NCBI RefSeq assembly: GCF_963921235.1
Contig: NC_086108.1
Coordinates: 101,930,001-101,994,000 of the forward strand
Source: Mobula hypostoma
Taxonomy: Eukaryota
Length of the DNA: 64,000 nt
Direction: 5' to 3'
Within the stretch, counting starts at the first letter, position 1. The number at the start of each line of letters is the position of its first letter. Under the pieces are notes generated by a model that was not told where the DNA came from, did not search any database, and saw nothing but the letters and a program-made list of their open reading frames with translations. Position numbers and translations under genes: made by a program. Shown piece after piece: positions 25,441-37,775 of the stretch.

Positions 25441-26066
25441 TTTTAAAGCACTAACATGAGAACCTACATTTTCTTTGACTTCCTGAAAGCTTACAGAGCT
25501 ATGATCACTTCCCAGAATTGCTGCTGATACATCAATCATTTATCCATTCTCATTCCCTAAAATAAGATCACACACTGACATATTTTGCTTCAGAAAACCT
25601 TCTTGAATTTTATGAATTTCTCCCCATGTAATCCCCTTGTGCCAAGACAATCAGAACCAATATTGATAAAATTAAAATCTATTATTACAGCAACCCTATT
25701 CCTTTTCCACCCTTCCGTGACCTGCCTGCGTATCTGTTCTTCTAATTCCCACTGACAATCAGGAGGCTTCTTGTTTCTCATTTACCACGGTCAGAGTGAG
25801 TGCTCCTTTCTTATTCCTAATTTCTACCCATACAGCATCATTCACCTATCCCTGCCTGCAGAATTTTCTGCCTGGGAAATGCCATTATGCTTATTAAAAT
25901 CAGCAGCGAACAGCCACTCCTTTTTTGCAACTTCTGTAATGCTTCAAATATCTATACCCAGGAGCGTTGAGCTTTCAGTCCTGCCTATCACTAAACCACA
26001 TTTCTGTGATTACAATATCATGGTAATCTCTTGTTCCATTCAAAATCTTGGAATGATTAGTAAGAG

Positions 26067-27105
26067 TGTCATAAGGTGGGCGATGGGAGCGGACCCAAAT
26101 GCAAGGCATAGACACTGAGGTACTAGAAACTAGACTGGTCTAGGCTCAGGGACGGGACAGGACACAGACTAGGAGCTGGGACAGGAACACAGTCTTGGGC
26201 TCGGACTTTGGCTAGGAAAGTGGGACCAGGACAAGGAACAGGGAACTAGGAGCCTGGGCTTGGACTCCGAGCCAGAGACTGGATAAGGACCCAGAACCTG
26301 GGTCTTGATTCGGGCTCCGACCCTGGAACTCAGTCTCATCTTGGACTTGAGAGACAGGAATGTGGAACACAGAGCTGGGACCCCTCCTTGGGAACAGGAC
26401 GTAGGGCTGGGACTCATACACAGAACACAGAGCTGGGACCCGGACGTAGGGCTGGGACTCAAACACAGAGCCGGGACCCCTCCTTGGGAACAGGACGTTC
26501 AGCCGGGACTCAAACACAGAATGCTGAACATGATGAGATGGTTCCCAACACAAGATAGCAGCAAACAGCCTGAACTACCTAGCGAAGGCAAGGACACAGA
26601 GACAGTTCCCAACTCAAGGTAGCAGCGAACAGCCGAACCTACCTAGCAAAGGTAAGGGCACAAAGAGACAGTTCCAAACAATGATAGACAGTTTCTTATC
26701 TTGACACAGCAAGACTCTGGTCTCGCTGCAGCGGTAGAAATTGACAGCAAAACAGGCAAGGCTTCAGAAGGAAGGGGAAGAGAAGGGAACAGTCCAGCCT
26801 CAGGGTAACGGCAAAGACAGCCTGGCTTACCCAACAGAAGTAAGGACAGGAAGGGACAGATCCAACCACAGGGTAATGGCAAAAGCGGCCTGACTTATCC
26901 CACAGAGGCAAGGACAGAATACTAACAAGACAAACCAGCACCCATACTCGAACCCAGGGCCACTTATATTCCCAGCCCCAAAACTAGCATCAGGTCCCTA
27001 TGATTAAGCCCAACTGAAACAAAGGACAGCTGGAAGACCCGGAGTCTGGAGTCCACGGACCGGACTGTGAACTGAAACCCAAACTTCATGGACCGGACCA
27101 TGACA
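26067..27105 (-). mobile_element. Solo LTR (1039 bp) with internal tandem repeats
   Basis: TGTCAT...ATGACA termini; perfect 5-bp TSD AAGAG (26062-26066, 27106-27110); TATA-like GGGAATATAAGTG on the minus strand at ~26961-26973; imperfect repeats at 26365-26520, 26560-26690 and 26780-26915. Confidence 0.85.
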
Positions 27106-27316
27106 AAGAGTTAGTCCTCTAATAGAACACTGCAAAAGGATCGGGAGCGTTTTGACATCTGGCAACTAGGAGAAGGACTCTGAAAGATTCAAAGTTGATT
27201 AAGTAACACACCCAGAATGCTGGAGGAACTCAGCAGGCCAGGCAGCATCTATCAAAAAAGTAAACAGTCGATGTTTCAGGCCAAGTAACGTTACTTCCAC
27301 TACACAAGTGTAAACA

Positions 27317-27960
27317 TTCATTTCAAGAGGTCTAGAATACAAGAGCAGGGATGTGATGCTGAGGCTTTATAAGACACTGGTGAGGCCTCACCTTGAGTAT
27401 TGTGAACAGTTTTGGGCCCCTCATCTCAGAAAAGATGTTCTGGCATTGGAGATGGTCCAGAGGAGGTTCACAAGAATGGTTCCAGGAATGAAAAGGTTAT
27501 CATACAAGGAATGTTTGATGGCTTTGGATCTGTACTCACTGGAATTTAGAAGGATGAGGGGGGAATCTCATTGAAACCTTTTGAATGTTGAAAGGCCTAG
27601 ACAGAGTAGATGTAGAAAGGATGTTTCCCATGGCTGGGGAGTCTAGGACAAGATGGCACAGCCTCAGGATAGAGAGGCATCCATTCAAAACAGAGATGCA
27701 GAGAAATTTCTTTAGCCAGAGGGTAGTGAATTTGTGGAATTTGTTGCCAAGTGCATCTGTGAAGGCCAGGTCACTGGGTGTACTTAAGGCAGAGATTGAT
27801 TAATAGGTTATTGATTCGACATGGCATCAAAGGTTATGGGAGAATGCTGGGAAATGGGGTTGAAGAGGAGAAGGAAAAGGATCAGCCATGATTGAATGGC
27901 AGAGCAGACTCGATGGGCCAAATGGCCTAATTCTGCTCCTATGTCTTATGGTCTTATGGT
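27317..27960 (+). mobile_element. CR1 3' fragment
   Basis: [27 protein letters not shown]...; tail (TCTTATGG)n. Confidence 0.9.
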
Positions 27961-28420
27961 CTAAATGAAAATGAAATAATTGTAACATCAGATCTGAAGC
28001 AGAGCAAGAAAAGCAATAAGATAAAGAATAAAATAAATATAAATATATAATAAGACAGCTTACACACATAGATTGAATGTATGTACATGAAATGATGCTA
28101 GGCACAGGACCACCTAGCATGAGAAAGCATGGGTAAATAAGCTGAAGGCCCTCAAGTGCAGTGAAGGAGAAGAAATGTGTCTATCACTATATTGGAACCT
28201 GTTAAGGATCCAGAAATATTAAGAGGTGGAGATGGATGAGGGTGGTAAAGAAGAGCAAATCAGAGATAAAGGGAAAGAGGAGAAAATAAGCTATTCTGAA
28301 ACTGTAGGCACTCTGGTACTAAGGTCTTGAACTTGGCATATGTACAGTTTTTATGTTGCCATTCATTGCTTTTCATGTGCAGGGATTATTATATGGAAAC
28401 ATGCAATTTCTTTTTCATAG

Positions 28421-28478
28421 GCGAATGTGATCATTGCTGAGCCGTACCTTAAATATGGAGATGCCCTGGACACCCTGC
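28421..28478 (+). CDS. CLCA: CLCA coding exon 3, 5' part (up to the hAT insertion)
   Basis: Acceptor tttctttttcatag; ANVIIAEPYLKYGDALDTL; ends in TSD CACCCTGC; read-through meets TAG in the transposon end (28481-28483). Confidence 0.88.
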
Positions 28479-31400
28479 CATAGGCAGCCTTATGTTTTAC
28501 CCGTTTCAACTGAAACGGGCCCCGCCCTTCCAGGGGCCCCCGATTGATATGCAAAAATTTAATGCACAGCTCCCAGACGCCACAATATTCTCCTGCTATT
28601 GCCAGCCAAACCACCAGTGGGTGCTCGCTGACTGACATCTGAGAAAATACATTAAAATATTTACTTCTCTTGTAAACATTGCTCCTAGCAAAGAAGGCTA
28701 CTTTTCAATGAGAGGAAAATGAAACGCTCCTATCCTAGTGGTGCTGAAAAACCAAAAATATTAGACAACAAAACAAAACGTCTAAATAGTCTCCCAAAAG
28801 TTACATCTTTCTTTGGTCCAGCATCTGTAAAAGGTCCGCCGACTGCAGTTGCTGCTGCACCATCGTCACAGCATGGGGCTACAGTGCCAAGTGACAGTGT
28901 AAGTGGTACAGGAGATGTTGATAATCAGAGCAATGAAAATGAGAGGAACAATTCTACTCAAACAGATGGTGATAATGATGACCAAACTTTGTTTGATGAA
29001 CAAGCACCACAGCATGATGACAGTCCTACAACTGAGACAGGTGAGGGAGATGCCGCCACCAGCACACCAGACGGAGAGAAAGCCCCACTAGCATTCACAG
29101 AGACCGATCCGGCACGTTGGCCAACGCATATTACCAGTGACCAACTTACCGACATTGTTAGGAGAGGTCCCGTTCGGCTAGAGGACATTAACTTTCCACA
29201 GAGCCAATCATGCCGTCGTTTTACCACGGACAGATATCTTGTGAAGATGAAAAATGGAGAAACCATTCGTAGGTCATGGTTAGTGTACTCAGAATCATCT
29301 GATTCAATCTTTCTGCTCTACCCTATTTGGAAAGCGAAATCACAGTCTCACTTGCGGAGGTTTCAGAGTGTGGGAGCAACTCACTCTCACACTCCAGGAT
29401 CATGAGAAGTCAAATGTGCGCTGTGCCAACATGGATAGCTGGTACGAGCCGGAAACGCGCTTAAGAACGCACAGTGCCATTGACAGCACGTACCAAGAAA
29501 TGCAAATGCTGGAAAAAAAACACTGGAATGATATCATGAAGAGGGTCATTGCCATAGTCTGTCACCTTGCAGAATGAAACCTCGCTTTCCGTGGCCACAA
29601 TTCCACCCTACATGAACCAAATAATGGGAACTTTCTAGGTCTGGTGGAGCTGCTTGCGGAGTTCGACCAAGTGATGAGTGAACATGTCAGACAAGCAGAG
29701 AAAAAAGAGATTGCTGACCACTACATGGCGAAAACCATACAAAATGAGTTAATCACACTTATTGGAGACAAGACACTAGAGGCGATAACAGAGAGTAAAA
29801 CAAACACGTTACTACTCGGTGATAATGGACTGCACCACTGATGCTGCACAGTTAGAGCAGCTCCCTGTGACACTGCGCATTGTCACATGCCAAGTAAATG
29901 TCGGAGCTACTGTTAGTGAGCATTTTGTCCGTTTCCTAACAGTGCTTGACACAACAGGTGCAGGCCTAACCGACGTTTTCTTAACACATATGGAGAAATT
30001 AGGATTAGATATATCAAAATGCAGGGGGCAGGCATATGATAACGGGAGCAATATGCAGGGGAAAAATAGCAGGGTGCAGAAGAGGGTGCTAGATATTAAC
30101 AAAAAAGCACTGATCATGCCATGTGCCAGCCACAGCCTAAACCTAGTCATTGTCAATGCTGCAAAATCAACAGTGGAGTCTGTGAGCTTCTTTGGGGTGC
30201 TGCAACGTCTATACACACTGTTCAGCTCATCGACACAGAGATGGGAGCTTTTCAAGGAGAACGTGCCACAGATGACCCTCAAGGCCATATCCAACACGCG
30301 ATGGGAGTGCTGCGTGGAAAGTGTGAAAGCCCTGCGTTACCAGCTTCCCGATGTTGGCAATGTGCTCCTGTCACTGATTGAGCATGCCACACAGAAAGGT
30401 GACAGTGAAACCACATCTGCAGCCAGAGGTCTAGAACAGGAGATCATGTCATGGAAATTCGTGCTGACTGTGATCATCTGGTACAACGTTTTACATGAGG
30501 TGAATCGTGTCAACAAGCTACTCCAGAGCCCACAAGTGGGAATCGATGTGCTACAGTGCGAGGTGGAATACGTTCTGAAATTTCTCAAGGAATACAGAGA
30601 GAACAGCCTTTCATCTGCCCAAACAGATGCCAGAGACATAGTTGAAGAGATAGGGATGCCAATGGTCTTTCCTACTGCACGAATCAGAAAACCAAAACTT
30701 CAGTTCCAGTACGAGTCCCAAAGTGCAGATCCTTCCCTGACAGTGGCACTTGAGGAATGGTACAATAGAAAAGTTTTCCTTCCTCTGGTGGACTCTGCTA
30801 ACACAGGCATTAGTGAGTGCTTCAAGCTGATGGAATCACTTTACAGTCTGTTTGGCTTCATTTACGAAAGAGAGGAAATGAAAAAAGCCACCCAAAGCCG
30901 CACACTGAAAGACAGCTGCGTAAACATGGAGAGGACACTTGGTGATGTGGATGCTGAGGACCTTTTGCGCGGGCTGTCGGCTGCTGTCAGTGCCGTGCCT
31001 GCAAAAGAAAACACTGGCCTGCAGATTCTGAGCTACATTTACAGCAACAATCTGGTTGAACTGTATCCTAACCTCACCATTGCTCTAAGACTCATGCTGA
31101 CAGTGCCTGTGACTGTAGCGAGAGGAGAGAGAAGTTTTTCGAGGCTAAACCTCATCAAAATGCACCTGAGGACAACCATGCTCCTGGAGCATCTGTCAGC
31201 TCTTGCTGAGATATCAAATGAGCATGAAATAACAAGATCGCGGGACAAAGATGAGCTCATTCTCAGCACTCAAGCACAGGAGGGTGGTGAAGTTCTAGTG
31301 GGAAGTCTCAACGCATTTTTAGCAGAAATAAAGTTTATAATTAAAATAATAAGATAAAACACGTATTTCACTCAAAATGTGTACAGGCGATTAGGTGGCA

Positions 31401-31962
31401 TTTCCACAAGTCATCATTTCTCTCTCCGGCTTGCGTCCCTTCTCTCTCTCACGCTCCTCCTGTTTGCTCTCCAGGCCTTATGTGACCTGTCCGTGGTGCT
31501 GAAAGAGCGCGAGACGCAGTTTGTTGTAAACTTCCAGTAGTTAACTTTCAGACACTGTTCATTGAATAAATAAAGTGTGAATTTTCATTGAATATGACAT
31601 TGCTTTTGTTATTAATTTAATTAGCGGGAAATTGTTTAAGCTGTTCTTATGTCAGCTGATACCTAACACATAGTGCCATTCAATGCAGACTAGTTGCTGA
31701 AAAGGATGAGGCTTCTCACTCCAAAACAAAATATGTCACTGTCTCAGTTTTTAATTAAGAGAATTGTTTGGATTATGTTGAGCTGTCTGTCCATTATGCT
31801 GAAAGTGCTTATAATGCATCAACGTTTAAGTCCGAAATTATACCATTATTGATGCAAACCAACTTAAATATTTGCTTTTTTTCTTTATTTTTTTTGGGAA
31901 GCAGGGGTAGGGCACCATATTAACTCTTGAAGCGGGCCCCCAGATGCTTAAGGCCGCCTGTA
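28479..31962 (+). mobile_element. hAT DNA transposon inserted inside CLCA coding exon 3
   Basis: Perfect 8-bp TSD CACCCTGC (28471-28478, 31963-31970); imperfect TIRs CATAGGCAGCCTTA / TAAGGCCGCCTGTA; transposase 28719-~31270 (MKRSYPSGAEK, RSWLVYS, NLAFRGH, CRGQAYDNGSNM, PCASHSLNL, PVTVARGERSFSRL) with at least 3 disruptions. Confidence 0.95.
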
Positions 31963-31970
31963 CACCCTGC

Positions 31971-32063
31971 AGTATGGTGGATGTGGTGAGAAGGGGCAGT
32001 ACATTCACTTCACCCCGAACTTCATGCTAAATGATAAAATGACCTCAGTTTATGATCCAAAAG
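31971..32063 (+). CDS. CLCA: CLCA coding exon 3, 3' part (after the hAT insertion)
   Basis: QYGGCGEKGQYIHFTPNFMLNDKMTSVYDPK(G), containing the CGEKG..IH.TP.F CLCA motif; donor aag|gtaaaa; rejoined exon is 151 nt. Confidence 0.92.
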
Positions 32064-32779
32064 GTAAAATAATTTAAATAAGCCTGCATTGATTAGCATG
32101 TACTTTGAAAACTGAATTACCCAAGGACATAAGAACAGGTGCCTGAGGTATCTTCCATCAATTAATGATATGATTGCTGAAGCCCATTGACAATCCCAAC
32201 TGAAAGTCAGGCTTGATTGTCACACCAAGCTTTATGAGGTCTAGAAATGGACACCATATTTGTGAATAACAAAGATATCCAGCACAGCACATGATTTTTT
32301 TAAAGTTTTTTTATAGAATAATATAGCACAGCAACAGGTCCTTTGGCCCAACATGACAAATTAGTCTAAGCATTTAGCCTATACTGTATCCCTCTTAACC
32401 TTTCCAATCCATGAACCTGTTCAAATGTCTTTTAAACTGTGTAATTTTACTTGCCTCCACAACCTCCTCTGGCTGCTTGTTCCATACACCCACCAGACCT
32501 TGAGGACCTGTCCTTCAGGTCCTCAATAAATCAAACTTATACCCTCAAGTTTTAGACTTCTCTACACATGGAAAAAGACTTTGATTACGTATTCTATCCA
32601 TGCTTTGAAGTGGTTCATACATCGCTAACGTCAGCCCTTCACCTCCTTCGCTGATCTCTGCCAGTGCCTCAGTAATTTTTATCTTGCTTCCCACAATGAA
32701 ACAGTACACACCTGGTCAGGCACGAGGGATTTTCCACCTGTAGAGACTTGCCAATATCTCTTTCACTATGACAATATGA

Positions 32780-33675
32780 TTGAGTTATGAAGAAAGGTCT
32801 CGGTCTGAAACGTCAACTGTTTATTCATTTCCATAGATACTTCCTGGCCTGCTGATTTCCTCCAGCATTTTGTGTGCGTTATTCCGTATTTCCAGCATCT
32901 GCAGAATCTCTTGTGTTTAATCTTTTAGTAAAATGTCGTAGGAGTAGTTATGGGCCATGAGCCAATGAGTAATATATGAACATTTTCATTTATTAACTTT
33001 AATTACTTTAAATCCTTCACACTTGCAACCTGCTATTGGCAGCAACACACACAAGATCTTGGAGGGGTTCAGCAGGCCAGGCAGCATCAATGGAAAGAGT
33101 AAGCAGTTGGCGTTTTGAGCCGCGGCCCTTCATCAGGACTGGAAAGGGAGAGGAGAAGTCAGAGTTAGAAGGTGGGAGGAGGGGAGGAAGAAGTACAAGG
33201 TGATAGGTGATAGGTGAAACCAGGAGTGGTGAAGGGGGCAAAGTAAAAAGCTGGGAAGTTGATTGGTGAAAGAGATAAAAGGCTGGAGAAGTGAGAATCT
33301 GATAGGACAAATTCCCAGTGAGGATATGTGGCTGCGTTAGCAGGTCTGGGTGAGCAAATGGTCAGAGTTAGAGGGCCGCACAGATCATAGAGGGGGTGCA
33401 GTGAGAGACAGTATCACTGAGCTCTCATTGAAGGGCAGATTTAAACTTCTTTGGGGTAGCCTTATTAGTAGTAGTAGTAGTAGTATTACAAACATGAGAA
33501 AATCTTCAGATGCAGGATATCAAAGCAACATATACGAAATGCTGGGGGAACTCAGCAGGCCAGGGAGCATCTGTGGAAAAAAGTAAACAGTTGATGTTTC
33601 GGGCCGATATCCTTCTTCAGGACTGGAGAAAAAAGATAAGAAGTCAAAATAAGAAGGTGGGAGTAGGGGAGGAGT
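32780..33675. mobile_element. Cluster of three Penelope pLTR fragments (32780-32918 +, 33020-33310 -, 33487-33675 -)
   Basis: Similarity to the 19.2-19.85 kb element, with degenerate CTGATGA...GAAAC cores. Confidence 0.75.
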
Positions 33676-34338
33676 ATATAGCTTTTAATTTCCCTTCAGT
33701 CAAGTCAAGTTCCGTCAAGTTTATTGTATCTGTATTAGTACAGTAACAGGTACAATGAAAAACCTGCTTGCAGCAGTATAACAGGATGTGGGTACTGACA
33801 ACCTGGTGTGGATGCTTGCTGGCTAAATGAATAACCAAAGTTGTTGCTGTCATTAGCTGTGGCAAGTTCTCAATTAAAACCATATTTCTCTGCAGAATTA
33901 CATGGAAATGAGAGGATTTTCAATTGATTTAAGCATCCATTTGAAAATGTCACCAGCACAGGATTCCGAGTGCTTGAGAGAAATTTGCCAGCAAGAATGG
34001 TGAAAGTGCCCATCAAAAGATATTTCAAATTTATATTATCAAACAATCCGTGCTTGAAATATCCATAGTTTGATGGGCAAATTGTGGATGCTTGATCAGT
34101 TCCCGCTGAAGCTCTCTTATCTTATGAATACAGCTCACATTTGATGATTCAACTTTTGGGCAAAGTAACTGCCTATTTATTTTTATGATGGCAGAGAAAG
34201 AACTTTTTATCATACCAAAAACATCTTGCCTTTACAAGTAAGTTATGTCGAAATTGAAATTGGCAGTGTATTACTGTTTCCAACTCACAAAATGTCAAAG
34301 CACTGACTAACTTATTTTTAAAAATTGTGTTTTTATAG

Positions 34339-34447
34339 GGAGAGTATTTGTTCATGAATGGGCCCATTTCCGCTGGGGTGTGTTTAATGAACACAATGAC
34401 TTGATTCCATTTTACAACTCCAACAATGGAACCTCTGAAGCAACAAG
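34339..34447 (+). CDS. CLCA: CLCA coding exon 4 (HEXXH zinc-binding motif)
   Basis: Acceptor tttttatag; GRVFVHEWAHFRWGVFNEHNDLIPFYNSNNGTSEATR; donor ag|gtacgt. Confidence 0.95.
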
Positions 34448-34569
34448 GTACGTCAAATCTAACTTGTATTTGGTCATGGGGATATCTCTTCTCAAGTTAT
34501 GGTACATAAAAAGGAAAAAAACTTGCAAATCCATAGCAACTTCCTGTAGAAATGCCAGTTTTTAAGGAC

Positions 34570-35750
34570 AGACATGCAAGCAAAGAAGCATCGGATACAG
34601 GGAAACTTGGCTGCATGGAATCAGAATTGGCTAGCCCACAGAAGGCAGGGGATGGTAGGTGATAGAATGCATTCTGCCTGGAGGTCGGTGACCACTGATG
34701 TTCTGCAGTGATCTGTTCTGGAATCCCCGCTCTTTGTGATTTTTATAAATGGCTTGGATGAGGAAGTGGAAAGGTGGGTCAGTAAGTTTGCAGATGACAT
34801 GAAGGTTGGTGATGTTGTGGATAATGCGAAAGTGTGTTGTAGATCACAAAAGAATGTTGACGGGATAGAGAGATGGACTGAGAAGTACCAGATGGAGTTC
34901 TATATCAAAAAGTACAGTGATGGGCTTTCGAAAGTCGAACTTGATGGCACGGTACAAAGTTAGTAGGAGGATTTTTAGCAGTGTAGAAGAACAGAGGGAT
35001 CTTCAGGTCCAAACCCACAGATCACTCAAGGTTGGTGCTCAAATTGATAGGTGGTTAAGAAGGTGTATGGTATGTTGACCTTTGTTAGTTGGGGGCCTGG
35101 GTTCAAGACCTATGAGGTAATATTGCAGCTCTATAAAGCTTCAGTTAGACCACACTTGGAGCATTGTGTTCAGTTTTGATCACGTCATTAGAGGAAGGAT
35201 GTGGAAGCTTTAGAGAGGATGAAATGATTTACCAGGATACTGCCTGGATTAGAGAACATGTCTTATGAGGAAAGGAGAATGGGAGGTGACTTGATAGAGG
35301 TGTGTAAGAAAATAAGAGGCATCGATAGAGTGGACAGCCAGAGCTTTTTATTTTCAGTGTGAAATTGACTATTATAAGTGGGCATAATTTTACCGTGATT
35401 GGAGGAAGGTATAGGGGATATGTCAGAGATAGGTTTTTTACACAGAGCTGTCAGTGCATGGTACACGCTGCCACGGGTGGTGGAGGCAGATACATTTAAG
35501 AGACTCCTGGATAAGTACATGGAGCTTAGAAAAATAGAGGGCTATGGGTAACCCTGGGTAATTTCTAAAGTAAAGACATGTTCGGCACAGCCGAAGGGCC
35601 TGTATAGCACTGTAGGTTTTCTATGTTTCTATTTAGGAGTCTCTTAGATAGGCACATAGATGAAAGGAAAATGGAAGGCTAAGTAGGAGAGAAGGATTAG
35701 ATTGATCTTAGAAAAGGTGAAAAGGTTGGTCCAAAGGGCCTGGATTACTA
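34570..35750 (+). mobile_element. CR1 3' fragments
   Basis: FVIFINGLDEEVERWVSKFADDMKVG; VRPHLE; TTTCTATG tail. Confidence 0.85.
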
Positions 35751-36368
35751 TTCCAAGTTTTAACTTGCCCAATCTTAGAATGTCCGAAACTGCTTTACAA
35801 CCCATAGTATACATTTTTGCATACACTGTTGTAATGTAAGGAATTTAGCAGCCAATGTTGCACAAATCTTCTCTCACAAACAGCAATTTGATAATGATGT
35901 TTTCATCTGTTTTAAGTTATGTTGTATAAAGCACAGAAGGTCATCAGGTCATTAAAGAGAATGCCCCTGCTTTTCTTCTCAGCTATGCCATGGGTTCTCT
36001 TATTCAGACAAACAGACTGAAAAGACAGTCATGTCCTCGGTTTAGTGTATGTGCAGCCTGCTAATGTAGATTTGTTGAAAAGATGAAGACATTAAGTTGA
36101 ATGGCTTGATTGTGGTTTTCAGAAATCATGGACAGGAATGATTAGTAGCAACAACTGTAAACAATGGGGCAAATTTCATCCCAGCTAGTAAAAAGGTGTC
36201 AAATGTTTGGAGGGTTTCAGAGTGGGCTGGGAGTTCCAATGGAAGAATAGGCTGGAAATGAGGAGACTTATAAACTGGCTATCTCTTTTATTTTCTGAAG
36301 AAATTGTCAAATCTACAGAAATATGTAAACACATACACTTGTATGCTTAGTATTATTATGACTTTCAG

Positions 36369-36534
36369 ATGTTCACTCAGCATAAAAGGAACAATTGCTG
36401 AGTGCAAAGGCAGATCCTGTTCAACATGTACCATTGATCAAAGTACAGGATTACCAAATAAGGAATGTAGATTTTTCCCAGAGAAAAATCAACCATCAAC
36501 ATCTTCAATAATGTACCTACAGGGATTACCAAGT
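36369..36534 (+). CDS. CLCA: CLCA coding exon 5 (Cys-rich domain)
   Basis: Acceptor actttcag; CSLSIKGTIAECKGRSCSTCTIDQSTGLPNKECRFFPEKNQPSTSSIMYLQGLPS; donor agt|gtaagt. Confidence 0.92.
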
Positions 36535-36819
36535 GTAAGTAGAGCGACCAGCAGATGTTTTCTCAACTAATTGGCAAGGTTGTTTATTCTCATTTATCAT
36601 GACTGAAGAAATTGGTGGCCCTTGTAAACATACCTAATGTCTGGGGATTTACTGCTGAATTCAAAAAGCCAAATCTGTCAATTTTCCCTTCACTCTGTAT
36701 TCCGTATGGAGTCCAACGTTGGGGTTCTGTCTTGGTGGGACCTCACAACATTACACTGAGGTACTGTCTCTCAGTTTTACACCAGGTATGGCCTGGAGTA
36801 TGATCTGAAATCCCATGGA

Positions 36820-37765
36820 TTAGGGTGGGGATTCTTGAGAGAAATCAGTGACATTAGCTACCAAAGTCTGTCAAATGTGTTCAGGAAATTTTCCTTAATC
36901 AGTACACAGAAGTCCCAACTAGAGAGAGTGCAATACTAGATGTCCTGTTAAGGAATCAGACAGGGCAATCTGACAGAAGTTTGCATCTGGGAGCACTTAG
37001 CATTTAGTGATCATAATGCTATTAGTTTCAAGGTAATTATGGAAATGGATAGCTCTGGTCCTTGGATTGAGATTCTAAGTTACAGAATTTTGATGGTATC
37101 AGGAAGAACCTGGCAAGTGAGGATTGGGTACAGCTTATTTTCTGGCAAAACTGTACTTGGTAAGTAGGAGGCCTTCAAAAATGAAATTTTGAGAGTACAG
37201 AGTTTGTATGATCATTTCAGAATGAAAGGCAGAGATAACATGTTTAGGGAATCTTGGTTTTCAGAGATATTAAGGCACTTGAAAAGAAAAAGAAGGAGGT
37301 GCTGAGCAGGTTATAGGCAAGTAGAAACAAATGAGAGACTTGAGGACTACAAGAAATGCCAGAGAACACTGAAGAAGGAAATCAGGAATGCCAAAAGATG
37401 AAGGAGAATCCTAAGGTCTTTTATAGATACAGTTATAACAAAAGGATAGCAAGGGACCAATTTGATCCTCTGGAAGATCAGAGTGATAACCTACACATGG
37501 AGCTGAAAGAGATGAGGGAGACCTTAAATGGATTTTTCCCACCTGCATTTACTCGGGTGATGGATACAGAGTCTACAGAAATAAGGCAAAGAGGCTATGA
37601 GCTCATGGACCCATACAGATTTCAGAGAAGGCAGTGTTGGCTGTCTTCAGGAAAATTAGGGTGGATAAATTCCCAAGGCCTGACAAGGTGTTCCCTTTGA
37701 CCCTGTGGGAGGCTAGTGTAGAAATTGCTGGGGCCCTTGCAGAGATACTGAAATCTTAGAAACAA
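36820..37765 (+). mobile_element. CR1 ORF2 internal fragment, abruptly 3'-truncated
   Basis: SDHN motif, KENPKVFYRY, DKFPRPD-type motif; ends at the junction with duplication copy B. Confidence 0.75.
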
Positions 37766-37775
37766 GGTAGACAAT

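Larger units (their letters stand above)
14579..36534 (+). pseudogene. CLCA: CLCA-family (calcium-activated chloride channel regulator) gene; 5 N-terminal coding exons, exon 3 disrupted by a hAT insertion; probable pseudogene or truncated copy
   Basis: Hand-spliced GT-AG exons with matching phases (0,0,1,2) give MTLTQGSLFYCLLSVCVIKCSKVTLVNNGYRNIVFARNPSLQYNPKLIENIQ|EMMTEASFYLYKATKHQLYFSDVKILLPAVW...SYEK|ANVIIAEPYLKYGDALDTLQYGGCGEKGQYIHFTPNF...PK|GRVFVHEWAHFRWGVFNEHN...ATR|CSLSIKG...SSIMYLQGLPS. This is collinear with the CLCA N-terminal catalytic and Cys-rich domains. The paralog cannot be assigned. Confidence 0.93.

Noticed and set aside
26365..26920. Repeat-spacer-like array resembling CRISPR
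   Set aside because: These are imperfect tandem repeats inside a TSD-flanked solo LTR in vertebrate DNA, with no unique spacers and no cas genes.
29819..31357. 512-aa ORF as a domesticated ZMYM1/ZBED-like host gene
   Set aside because: It is part of a frameshifted transposase between TIRs and a TSD.
33895..34080. Possible Tc1/mariner C-terminal remnant (LREICQQEW*KCP)
   Set aside because: Too short and degenerate, with no TIRs or DDE motif found.
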